From assembly GCA_028534125.1 (NCBI GenBank), contig CM052818.1:33358001-33421703 (forward strand): a stretch of DNA of 63,703 bases, given 5' to 3'. Numbering within the stretch: position 1 is the stretch's first letter; each line of letters starts with the position of its first letter. Positions 37,416 through 49,100 of this stretch are shown here, piece after piece. Source of the DNA: Lama glama (lineage: Eukaryota). The notes under the pieces are model-generated. The model worked only from the letters and a program-made list of their open reading frames with translations, was not told where the DNA came from and made no database searches. The translations under genes and the position numbers were made by a program.

Positions 37416-38344
37416 AATACCTGACTCAAAAAATCTTGGCTCAAAATCAAACTCCTTTCTTTCTGTTAGGGTCCTGTGTTTCTCAACCAGATTCTTGGTA
37501 TGGATTTGTATTCCATTAGCAAGCCATTCTTTAACACATTCCTGAACCAGCACGCCAAGCTCAAATGTGCTTCACTCTTCATGACTCATCTTTATACCCT
37601 GCTTCTGGACCAGGAACTAACTCATATGCCTATATTTTACTTCTAGAATCTCAGCTCCCACTTCTACTGGGTCCTCCCGGGGGCTGATCTGCTGTCAGCT
37701 TACCCTCTAATTGTTCACCTTACCTTGTTATGGGGATTCTCAGTTTATTTACTTCCCTAAGTCCATAACCACTGCCCTAATGTTTACATATTACTCAATG
37801 GTAAATCAAAATAAACTGGGGTAAATATAGCAGTAGTAGACTTTATAAGTAAAGAATGGAGAATCAATAACATTAAATAGGAAGTTTTAAATATACTCTA
37901 AATTCAAACTATCTAGCTACTTTAAATACATTTAAACTTCTACACCCAGAATAACTGTAAGTCAAGTATCAACTAGGCCAATAAACATAATTTCAAAAAT
38001 TCTTAGTTCAGAAACAGTGCCATAAAACTGGATACATTTAAATTCAGCCTTACTATTAAAAGGGGGAATTGAATGGGAATGAAAAGCCTTAAAACTAAAG
38101 ATCAATTAGTTTGACAGTGATTCTTGTCTTTAAATGAGTCTATCAGCACTAAAGATAACACAGGTTGACCAAGAAGAAATCATGCCAAATTAACCAAACA
38201 CCTTTTTTGAGGACAACTAAGTTGATTATTTAATAAGAGAAATACTGGAGCTAGAGGATAAACTAAGTCCAACAAGTCCAACTTGTCCAACTCACTATCC
38301 ATGTGAACAGATTAAAGTTTCAAAATAATAGTTTCAAACCTGGA

Positions 38345-38995
38345 ACTGCTGCTATAAAATGGTAAGCCATTATGGAAAACAGCATAGAGATTCTTCAAAA
38401 AATTAAAAATAGAATCAGCAATATGATCCAGCAATCCTACTTTAGGGGTACGTTCAAAAGCATTCAAAGCAGGATTTTTGTATATACCCATGTGCAGTCA
38501 GCATTAGTCACAATAGCCAAGAGGTGTAAGCAATGCAAATGTCCACCCTTTGGATGAATGGATAAACAAAACATGATATAAATGTACAATAGATACTAGG
38601 CAGCCTTAAAACGGGAAGAAATCCAGTAACATGCAACAACATGGATCAACTTCAAAGACATTATGCTAAGCAAAATAAACCAGTCACAAAAGGACAAATG
38701 CTGTAGGATTCTATTTACATGAGGTATCTAAAAGACCCAAAATCATAGAATCAGAAAGTGAAAAGGTAGTTGCCAAGGGCTGGAGGGAAGAGGAATTAGT
38801 ATTTAAATTGACACAGAGTTTCAGTTTTACACGATGGGAAAGTTCTAGAGATCTACTACTGCACAACAATGTGGATGTACTCAACACTACTAAACTGTAT
38901 GCTTAGAATGGTTAAGATGGTAAATTTAATTTTATGTATCTTTTACCACAATAAAATAAACAAAATAAATTTACAAAATAACCAAAAAAAAAAAA
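38345..38995 (+). mobile_element. L1MA/MB 3' end
   Basis: gccattatggaaaacagcatagagattcttcaaaaaatt...tggttaagatggtaaatttaattttatgtatcttttaccacaataaaa, then an A-rich tail. Confidence 0.88.
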
Positions 38996-39391
38996 CCTTG
39001 AACTGAACAAACAAGACGATTTGTAACAAGAATAAATTTTAATCCTACTGATTCAAAGCAATAAATCATGTATAAGACCTTGGGAAAAATGTACTCTAAG
39101 AAAGAGCTGAAGAACAAAAAGCGAGAGGCATATTTAACCTAAGAAAATAAATACTAAGTAAAATTTAAAAGAACTAATACAGAGAAGGGAACCTAAACTT
39201 TTTCTGTGCTGAAATAAACTAGAGTTTGTTCATTCATTCATTCAACAAATGTTTACGGACTATAAACAATATGGCAGGCACTGTTGTAGGTGTTTATAAT
39301 ATACTAGTGAACAGAAAAAAAGATCCCTGCCTTCATGGAATTTTACATTCCTGTGGGGAGAGACAAACAAACAATAAGCATAACAAGTAAG

Positions 39392-39934
39392 CGTGGTAGG
39401 TTGCTTCCAACTGGCTTGCAATGATCCCTGGTATTCACACTCTTATATAATTCCCCCTCAGTGTGTAGACTAGATTTAAGAAACAGAATACAGCAAAAGT
39501 GATGAGATGTCATTTCAGAGATTAGGTAATAAATCTGTGATTTCTGTCTCGCTCACACATCTTACTCACTCCTGCCTGCTTGCTCTGGTGAAGCCAGCTG
39601 CCATCTTATAAGCTGCCCTGTGGAGCGGCCCTAGAAGAGGCAAGGAACTGAGGGCAGCCTCCAGCCAACAGCCAGAACTGAAATGAGACCCCTAGGTCAA
39701 CAGCCCACAACAGTGCCAACAATCACAGGAATGAACTTAAAATGGGTCCATCTCCAGTTGAGTCTTAAGATGACTGCAGCCCTGGCCAGTACCTTGACTG
39801 CAGTCTACGAGAGACCCTGAAACAGAGGGTCTACCCAGATCCCCAACAAACCAAAACTATGATAATAAACATTATTGATTTAAGTCCCTAAATTTTGGAA
39901 TGATTATTTTATGCAGCAACATATAACTAATACA
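39392..39934 (+). mobile_element. MaLR solo LTR (MLT1E/F-like)
   Basis: gtggtagg...gaagccagctgccatc...ggcaaggaactgagggcagcctccagccaacagccag...atgcagcaacatataactaataca. Confidence 0.85.
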
Positions 39935-40034
39935 ATTTGTTAATTATATGGTTTGTTATAAATAGATTCCAAAAAAAAAAAAAAGTAGAACAGGGTAAAG
40001 ACAGGGGGAATTGCAAGTTACAATTTTAAAAGGG

Positions 40035-40865
40035 AATGTTACAAAGACCTGCATGTGAATGTTTATTTATAGCAGCATTGTTCGTAACAATCAAAAAGTA
40101 AAAACAACCCACATGTCCATCAATTGGTGAATGGATAAACAAATTGTGATATGCCCATCCAGTGGAATATTACTCAGTCATAAAAAGAAATGAAGTACTG
40201 ATACATGCTAAACGTGGATGAACCTCAAACCACTGACAGTGTGAAAAGTGAAAGGATCCAATCATAAAAGACAACATGTTGTGTGATTCCACCACAGGCA
40301 GACCTTGTTTTCCTGGGCTTCACTTTATTGCCCTTTGCAGATACTGTATTCTTTACAAATTGAAGGTCTGTGGCAATCCTGCATTGTTAGATGATGGGTA
40401 GTATTTTTTGGCAATAAAGTATTTTTAATTAAGGTATGTACATTGTTTTTTAGATATAATGTTATTGCACACTTAACAGACTACAGTATAATGTAAACAT
40501 AACTTTTATATGAACTGGGAAACTGAAAAATTCATGTAACTCGCTTTACTACGTTATTTGGGTGTTTTTTGGCAATGGTTGGGAACTGAACCCACAATAT
40601 TTCCCAGGTATTGCCTGTACATGAAATGTTCAGAAAAGGAAATCTACACAGACAGAAATGAGTTTAGTGGTTGCCTGGGGTTGGAGGTGGGAACAGGATT
40701 AATTCTAATTGGGGGATCTTACTGGGGTGATGGAACCATTCTAAAACTGGACTGATGGTGGTTGCTCAAGTTGGCAACTTTATTTTTAAAAATCATTAAA
40801 TTTTACACTTAAAACGAGTGAATTTATGGTATCAAAATTATACCTAGAAAGTTGTTTTTAAAAAT
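40035..40865 (+). mobile_element. L1MB-like 3' end, interrupted by a Tigger1 derivative
   Basis: tttatagcagcattgttcgtaac...aacaacccacatgtccatcaattggtgaatggataaac...gtgattcca[insertion]tacatgaaatgttcagaaaagg...gtgaatttatggtat. Confidence 0.85.
40295..40617 (+). mobile_element. Internally deleted Tigger1 derivative (about 320 bp MITE)
   Basis: Left end caggcagaccttgtttt...tttacaaattgaaggtctgtggcaatcctgc. Right end gaactgaacccacaatatttcccaggtattgcctg followed by TA. Both match the Tigger1 termini. Confidence 0.88.
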
Positions 40866-41592
40866 TGGGGGTGTTAATGCAGGCATTGCTTAAGAACAGA
40901 ACACGACTGAAAACTCTGAGCAGGCAGGGTGTCAGCCTTGTGAATATCAGGGGAAACAGGCCAGACAACGGGAAAGCCATGCAAAGACCCTGGGGCAGGA
41001 GCACATCTGCTGCATCTGCAGTGCAGCAAGAGTGCTAGGGTGGCTGGAGCTGATTATTTTTAGACAGGAAAGTAGGAGATGGAGAAAGAAGGAAGGTCAG
41101 ACGGAGGAAGGTGAAGATGGGGATCACATAGAGCTTTTTTACATCACAGGAAGGACTGCGGCTTTTACTAAGAGAGAAAAAGAAAGGTATATGAAAGTTT
41201 TGGGCAGAGGAGTGACAGGCTCTGGCTTGCATTTTTAAAGGACCACACGATGTAAAGAAACTATAAAAGGCTCCATATAACTAGCTACGTCCAGAGTTAC
41301 TGACCTCTCATCTGACTGGGATACTATATATTTGCCCATAATTTAGAGTTTGAAGAGACCCTCATGAAAGGTATCACCTGGGAAGCTTATAAAATTTGGA
41401 GTCTCACATCCCTAGCCCCAGATGTTCAGAAGTCAGGGGCTGGGGATGTGCAACTGACAAAGTACAGAGACAATCTGAATCATGTTTATCTAAGGAAATG
41501 GCCAGGGTTAATTATAAATAAACATCTCAATTGATTATTTTATACTATTACAGATAAAGTGACTCTTTTTCCCCATTCTCGAAAAACCTTAC

Positions 41593-41787
41593 CCAGTTGT
41601 TTTTTTTCCCAGCATAAATTTCCATGTTCTCTCCATACTGCGGCTCTTCCAGTAATGTCTGGTATTCAAACATGAGGCGGGAGCTCTCACGGAGGCGGCT
41701 GCATTGAAACTGGTGATATTGTTGCACAAGCTCCTTCACCACAAGTAAGAGACATTCAGGATTTGATGGGTTCCAGGAGGCAAGGTT
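41593..41787 (-). CDS. BABAM2: BABAM2 internal coding exon (exon 5 by human numbering, about residues 101-165)
   Basis: Minus strand reads ...ttctacag|AAC CTT GCC TCC TGG...AAC AAC TGG|gtaagg. 195 nt, phase 0/0. Encodes [65 protein letters not shown], recognised as BRE/BABAM2. Lies inside ORF 41548..41820. Confidence 0.97.
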
Positions 41788-42434
41788 CTGTAGAAGCCAA
41801 AAATAAAAGACCAGTAACAAATGAATTTTCGTCCAAGTCCAGTATCACATTAGCACACCAGCACAGAGGGAAAAAAGAGATGAAAATCTAGGAGAAACAG
41901 ACTACTCTTAACTAACAATAAACTCAGAGCTGAAGTTAGAAGGGTCTTTTGAGCTTGGTGATTTCTCCTGCCTTCTGAAAATTCGTGCAGAAAATCAAGG
42001 AGGAATTCCGTTGTGAGTAGGCAGAAACAGTGAAGTGTAAAGGAGGGTAGTAATAAAACAAGAAACTTAGAAGACCGTAATGTTAGTCCTGGAAGATTTA
42101 ATTTGTTTCTTATCCTTTTATAATTTTAATTTTTTTCCATCTGCACCTAAAATCAGCATTAAATGCTAATATCATTCAAATGAGATCCACAGACCATCGG
42201 CACCCGTAATATCAGATATAAATAAATGCTCTGTAAACATCAGAGCCCCACAGAAATATATGCATAATGGTGGTGGTTCAGCCTGAAAAAGATACAAATA
42301 GATTAGAGATGAGGGAAAATACCATTAAGAAAATGCAAAGTTCAGAGAAAAAGAGGAAGGAAATATGTGATAGCTTATGACCAGGAAAGGAGCTGGGAAC
42401 GGGGGAAGATCTGGTAAGTACAAAGAGATTTTCA

Positions 42435-44110
42435 AGCTCACGTTCATTCAACAAATACATATCAAGTACTTATTATGTATCAACCACTGTTGGAGGCAGT
42501 GACAAGAACAAGCCAAGTCCTTGCTCAAGGAGCTTACATTTCAGTGTGCCAAAATAAATAATAAATAGTAATAAATACTGAGAAAAATACAGCGTGCATC
42601 CCTGAAACCTGGTGAAGGAAGGGCTTCAAGAGAAAGAAGTGATCAGTTGTGTCAAATGGTGTTGATGAGTTAAGATGAGACCTCGGAATGGACTGCAGGG
42701 TCTGTTAACACGCAGGTCAGCAGTGTCCTCAGCAAGCGCTATCTCGTTGAAGTAAAAGCTTGACTATGGAGGTTTTAAGAGAGAACAGTTAGAAGGAAAT
42801 TGCTGACAGCTAGTGCAGACAATTCAAACTGGTAACTAGGGGGAAAGTGGGGTCAAGAGAGTTTTGCTCAGATGTCTACAGCCTGGCGGAAGATCCCATA
42901 GAGAGGGGAAGACATGCTGACATAAAAGGGGGAGAAGGGAATACCATGGGAGAGAATAATGAATAGGTAGGTAGGAATGGGATCTCCAAGAGGGTTGGCC
43001 TTGGAAATAAGCACAGAGAGTCCATCCACAGAAACAAGAGAAAAGGCCATCCGAGGAGTAGGAATGCAGGCACACAGTCCCATGTGGTGGCAGGAGCTTG
43101 TGGTCATTCTCTCCTGAGAGCTTGTATTTTCTCCTTGAAATAGGTCATCAGCTGAGAGTAAGGAAGGCGGGGGCGGGGGGACAGATATTGGAAGTTGGAG
43201 AAGAAAATGTGAAATAGTCATTTAGAGCAATAAACAATAAATGGACTGGGAAAATGGAGGAGGGATTCCACATATCACTAAAAGCCCCACTGAACTTGGA
43301 TCTTTGAGACCAGTTTGCATAAATTCCCTTGCCTGGGTGCGATGCAATGTGGGAATGGGAAGAATATGGATTTAACAAAGGTAGGGATTTTGCCAGGTAA
43401 ATACAAAAGGAAGAGGGGCAAGTGATCTCAGAGAGTTTGCAAAAGAATGATTATAATTATGGACCATGGACTCTCAGCCAGGAAAAAGCAAAGTAAGTTC
43501 ATAAGGGAAGTGAGAATTAGTGAAAAGGTGGTAGGGCTAATGGTCCTGGTGAGCTGGAAGAATTGTTAGAGTTTAGATACTAAAAAGAACAAATCAGAAA
43601 GACAAAAGCGATCCTCAGAGAATGGGATGTTTGCAGCTGAGATGATGGAGGTGATGGGTAACTGGTCTGACAAGGTCTGGCTGACAGTGTGTCCAGTTGA
43701 GGAAGGGGGAAAACGAGGTCACTGGAGGAAAGTAAGTCTGGGACTGGGAGGCCAGCGTGTTGGAAGGCGCATTTATATGAATATGAAATCACCTGGAATC
43801 ATGACAAGAGCAATACTACTGAGAAAGTAACAATAAGCCATGTGCTAAAATCTTCAAAGAATGTCTCTGGATGACAAGGAGGGAGTGGTGGGGCTTACTG
43901 TCTGCTGGCCTCAGTTCTAAAGCTGGGGATGGGGGTTAGGGAACAGGGAAAGACAATCTCCTTGACAGGAGCACTGAAGAGCAGGAACACCAACCACACC
44001 TCCAAGTACAGTGATGTGAGAGGTAGGGGAGAGAGATTAGTTCCAATTTATTTGAGAACATGGAGGGAAAGACAGAATCCAAGGGCAGAGGGTCTGAATA
44101 TTCAGTCGTC
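42435..44110 (-). mobile_element. Long degraded L2
   Basis: ttcattcaacaaatacatatcaagtac...gtgatcagttgtgtcaaatggtgttgatgagttaagatgag...gaatatgaaatcacctggaatcatgac; purine-rich antisense L2 pattern. Confidence 0.7.
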
Positions 44111-44114
44111 AGAG

Positions 44115-44306
44115 TAGTGGTCATCAATCTTCATAATGGAATCACCTAGAAATACTAATGCTTGGGCTCTACCTGCCCCCCACCTCCAGATTCTCATTTA
44201 ACTGGGTTAATCTGGGGTGTGTCTTGGGTATTGAGGTGTGTTGTTTTGTTTTTTCATTAAAGCTCCCCAGGTGATTCTAACACGCACCAAAGGTTGAGAA
44301 CCACTG
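44115..44306. mobile_element. MER5-type hAT-Charlie MITE
   Basis: tagtggtcatcaatc...gaatcacctag...ccagattctcatttaactgg...ctccccaggtgattctaac...ggttgagaaccactg. Confidence 0.8.
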
Positions 44307-44489
44307 TCTTTGAGAAAAAAAGGGTAGAGAAAAAGTAAAGGAACTTCACTGATAATAGCCCATGTTAATACTTAAAAACACCCAATCTCTAGAAATCTAC
44401 AAACTTAGCATCCATAAGGAAAACACCACATTACAAATGTTCAACAGCTGAGAATTACACAGCTTGCTGAGTCCTATATAAGTTCTAAG

Positions 44490-44675
44490 AACTTTTCATA
44501 TATTCAGCTTAATCCTTATGACAACCTTATAAGTTTTATTATTATACCATTTTATAGATGAAGAAACAGAGGTCAAAAAGTAGTTCTGTATCTTGTCCAA
44601 GCTCACAAATGTTAAACAATAAAGCTGGGTTTCAAACTTACGTAATGTGGCTCCAAGTCTCTGATTAAGCACCAC
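44490..44675 (-). mobile_element. MIR
   Basis: ttaatccttatgacaacctt...ccattttatagatgaagaaacagagg...cttgtccaagctcaca. Confidence 0.8.
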
Positions 44676-44677
44676 AG

Positions 44678-45410
44678 CAGAAGTTCTTACACATTTGGTC
44701 TTAGGAACCTTTTACACTATCTTAAAAAGTATTAAAGACCCAAAGAACTTCTATATACATGAATTATATGGGTTAAATTTACTATATTAAAAATCAAAAC
44801 AGAAATTTTTAAAATATTTAATTTTAAAATAACAGCACTACTACATGTTAAAATAAAAAGATTTTTAATGAAATAATTGTATTTTCCCCCAAAATCATGA
44901 GAAGCATGGCACTGCATCATATTCTTGTGAAGTCTCTTTAATGTCTGGTTTAATTAAAGAGCTGGATTCTCATATGTGCTTTTACATTCAATGTTATAAC
45001 ATGTTTTGGCTGAAGTATATGAAGAAAATCCAGCCTCATTCAAATATGTTCTTTGAAGAGAGAGGACTATTTTAATAGCCTTTTCAAATAATTCTGGATA
45101 TTCTTCTTTGATACTCCACCAAAACTCCACAAGTGGCAGTTTCTTAAAGGTTAGTTGCAATGTGGAATCTGAAACTATATCAGTAAATATTTTACACTCT
45201 TACTCTAAATTCCATTTGTCTATCCTGCACTCTAAATGGATCTTTGACTCATCTATGACTGTATCATCATGCACTGGTCATAGAAGATACTGATTCACTG
45301 AGTTATGCAGATCTTCCAAATGTTGACACATTTCATTTATATAATATCAGAAAATCACATTCATTAATATTATGACCAATCTCACCAGAAAAGTCTTCTA
45401 TCAAAAGAAA
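44678..45410. mobile_element. Charlie1-family hAT transposon fragment with transposase C-terminal remnant
   Basis: Terminus agttcttacacatttggtcttaggaaccttttacac...gacccaaagaactt. Minus-strand ORF 44954..45160 (LVEFWWSIKEEYPELFEKAIKIVLSLQRTYLNEAGFS) matches the hAT dimerisation motif FW...EYP.L...A......STY.CE.GFS. Confidence 0.85.
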
Positions 45411-47489
45411 ATAAGCAAAAGGTAAAGAAAGGCATCCTTCAAAAGGATGGTAATTACTTTGCTCCACTGCATGGGATGACTTAGGGAGTCAATGACAATG
45501 GGGATATCACTAAATGCTCTTTTATTTCCAGGAAAGATAGGTCTTAAGGGATATCCAAATAAAGACTTAATAAACAGAGTTAAAAATAAGAGCTCCAGCA
45601 TCATATAGTAAATGAAAGAGGGCCCTTGCTACAAAGTGATTTGATAAGAAGAGTACAAAATCCTTACTGACAAACCTCTGGACCTCAAGAGCCTGAAAAT
45701 TCCTTTTGAGCTACTCAAGATCACATTTAAAGTACCAATAGGATGTAACAACACAATATAGAACTTAAAATGATCATTATGTAGCTTGCTATGCATTTCC
45801 TTCCGAGATCATCATTAAACACTGATAAAGAGGAAAAATACACAATCTCCCATTTCCTGGCCATGTATTCAAGTCCTCATTCCAGTACAAAAAGAAAAGG
45901 CCTCAATTTAAACTTTTTAAATTCCATTATTTCTCTTTAGCCATTGGCAAGTTACAAGCCTATATCCACATAATTTTTTTTTAATTATGAAAGCATTTAA
46001 GCTGGCAAATATCTTACCAACTTGAATTCATTTCAAATGATTCAACCTAATTGTTAAATGTATAGTAAAGACATGCCAAACAGTCCTTTTCCATTAAACA
46101 CAACTTCCCAAAACATGGAAATGCATTTGACCTCTTCCCAGTCAATGCACACTTCACTGGGAAATGACTTAGCTGAAAAACATTCCCATCAAGGGAAGCA
46201 GAGACATGCTCGATATGAAAAAATTCCTCTACTGCTGCTGCATGACCACTTTTACATATTAAGTAATTCGTGCTTTGAACTACTTTGCCTGGAAGGGGAG
46301 AACACAGAAAATGTACAAGATTTTGGTCACTTCCTAAGACTAAAGCATATTTTAAAAACAGATCTAACAATGCAGGACATTGGGGCTTTCCTCTCTCAAG
46401 TAGAAGATAGAAAAAAATGCCCGTAGCTTCTTCAAGGAAAGAGTGAGGCAGCATAAATTAACAGGGCTCTTTACGAAAAAGAGAAAAATAAGTTTCTCTC
46501 TCTATGCACAAAGTTCTTATTCTACTTATTTTTGCTAATGCATGGAAGAAGAGGTCTGAAATGAGGATGGTCAAGAGAGTAGGCATAGGACACATAATAT
46601 ATTAACACAGAAAAGAGTCATGAAAAATGCACTAGGAAAATGTGATAAAATGCAATAAAAGAAAATAGACAAAAGCAAAAGAATTAACTACTATTATGAA
46701 ACTTTATTCATTCTCACTAAAAACCTATGAAGCACTCCAGGGAAGGTATTACTCCAGTGTTTTTTAAAGACTGGTTAACCAGAGAGGTTGAATAACCCTA
46801 AAGATACTCAAGCGTCAACAACTGACAGTGTAGACTGTAAACTTACCAATTCTCCCCCATTCAGGTCACTGAAATCAGTTTCTAACCAAAGAGCGGGCCT
46901 CTGCCTCATGGTAGTCACAACCTGTCCCACGTCCAGATCCCCCACTTGGGCTCTCTGGCCAGGCTCCCTGACCTGAGGGACGCTCCTGCTCATGTGGCCC
47001 TCAACCTTCCCACATTTCTCTCAAATACACTCCACCACACATGTTAAACTCCCAAATCACTGGCCCTGCAGACTTGAAAAAGTCCAACCTTTCTGCAGCT
47101 CCTAATGTGAGCTTCTTTATTCGAGAAACAGTGAAGGCTAACTTTTTCAGATGACGAGCTCACTTCACCCCCAATTTATGTCTCACTCATTCAAAGCAAG
47201 GCTTCTCAGCCATACTGAAGCAAATTCATTCACAAGGACACCAATGAAAGAAGAAAGTTGGGAGACAATGTACTAGGTTCAGATCTTTTGGCAGATGAAG
47301 AACAGAAATAAGCCAATGGGACTATCACTGTCTAATAATGAAGGGAAAAATATCTTGTAAGGGAAAAATTTTTTCTTTTAAAAAATAAAGCTTATAATAA
47401 AAATTGTCAATTAATAAAAGGATGAAGTACAGGAATAAATTAGAAATATTTCTTTAAAAAATCTAAAACTTCTTACGACAAAGTTTTGC

Positions 47490-47740
47490 ACTACTCTAAC
47501 ATTGTATATAACATACAATACTGTACTATAAATTTAAAGTTGCTAAGAGAGTAAATCTTAAAAGTTCTCATCACAAGAAAAAGAAATCTGTAACTATGCA
47601 TGGTGATGGAAGTTAACTTTATTGTGGTATTAATTTCACAAGACATACACATATCAAATCAAAATGCTGTTTGCCTAAAACTAATACAATGCTATATCAG
47701 CATTATATCTCAATAAAAAGTTAGAAAACAATAAATGAAA
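47490..47740 (+). mobile_element. L1MA9-like 3' end
   Basis: aaagttgctaagagagtaaatcttaaaagttctcatcacaagaaa...ggtgatgga...attatatctcaataaaaa. Confidence 0.85.
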
Positions 47741-48289
47741 AGTATGTTACCTTATTAGTAAGCAAAAAAAAAGTGATTTTCCTGATTTCTTCTTTTTCAT
47801 AAAGTCTCACTGAAATAATACTATACAAATGGTAAAAGAAGTAACATTTTTCCAATAGCATAAAAGAGTATAAAGAATAAAGTAAGTCTCCCTTCCAACC
47901 CGCACTATCAGGTCCCCACTACTCTCCAAGAAGACTACTCATATCCCCCAAGGAGCCATGCTGGGACCCTGTAGGGCACCAATGTTTGGCCCTTCTTAGG
48001 TATTCCCACAGATGACCACTGGCTTTGCTCACTCTGTGCTTCCTCCTCTACTCTTTGAAGCTCTGTACCTTGCTTTCTTCCCATGGTTCAACTAGCCCCC
48101 TTGGATCAGGTCTTAGTTTGAACTTATTAGCCTGATTTTCACTCCAAGACAGGGCCTCAGTCCCACAAATTGTTTCTTGTTCCCACAGACACACTGATTT
48201 GGCCTGCCTCTCACCACGCATTCCCCACAAGAGAAGAAAATCAAGCAATAATTCTGAGAAACAAAGTTTACATCTTAAATTAGCCAATC

Positions 48290-48430
48290 TCTATGAACAT
48301 TTGCTGCATCCCATAGATTTTGTGTGGTTCTCTTTTCATTGTCATTTGTCTCAAGATATTTTTAAATTTCCTCTTTGATTTCATCATTGATCCATTGATT
48401 TTTTTTTTTTTAGTAGCATGTTGCTAATCT
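48290..48430 (-). mobile_element. Short antisense L1 ORF2 fragment
   Basis: ttgctgcatcccatagattttg...ttttcattgtcatttgtctcaagatattt...ctttgatttcatcattgatccattg. Confidence 0.75.
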
Positions 48431-48449
48431 AGTGAGGACATAGTTTAAC

Positions 48450-49100
48450 AGACACTTTTACAGATGAGAGCTTGGTACTAGCAGTGTGTGTATACATATA
48501 TACACATTTATCAAAAGTCTTAAAAATGTTCATCTCAATACCTCAATACCCTTAGGAATCCAGAAATCCTATTTCCAGAAATCTATCTAAGAAAACAACA
48601 AAAATAAGGGGAAAAATCTTCATAGGCAAAAATACACATATTCATTTACAATGTCATGAAACTATAAATAACCTACAAGAAGCCTGATAATGAGAAACAG
48701 TTGAAAAGCTGTTATAGTCATTCAAAGGAATAATATGCAGCCAATACATTCACAAATAGTCTGCTACAGCATAGAAAATACTTCTGTTAAAATATTAAAT
48801 AAAGACAAAATAAAGTATATATATAATGATCACAACTTTTGATTACCCCTATGAGATTATGTCATCCCCTTCAACCCTCCACAGCAAAAACCATCTATGT
48901 ACAGAAAAACTACTAGAAGAAATGTTAACAACTAATGTCTATAGTTGGGAGCTGTTTAGAAGAGTTTTTCTTTTCCCTTCTTTCTAATTTTCTACATTTT
49001 CCAAATTTTCTGAGTATATGTCTATACATATGTATGTATATGCATGTATGTGCACATGTATAACACATGCACATACTTTCATAATGGAAAAAGATAAATC
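48450..49100 (+). mobile_element. Very old L1 (L1ME-like) 3' fragment
   Basis: aatcctatttccagaaatctatctaagaaaacaa...ggaataatatgcagcca...ttttctacattttccaaattttct. Confidence 0.55.

Larger units (their letters stand above)
39225..41245 (-). mobile_element. L2 3' region fragmented by later insertions
   Basis: ttcattcattcattcaacaaatgttta...ccctgccttcatggaattttacattc (39225-39390). Resumes at about 40870: ggaaagccatgcaaagaccctggggcagg...tggcttgcatttttaaaggacc. Confidence 0.7.

Noticed and set aside
41548..41820. 90-aa ORF as a standalone gene
   Set aside because: It is the 195-nt BABAM2 exon with in-frame intronic extensions beyond canonical splice sites.
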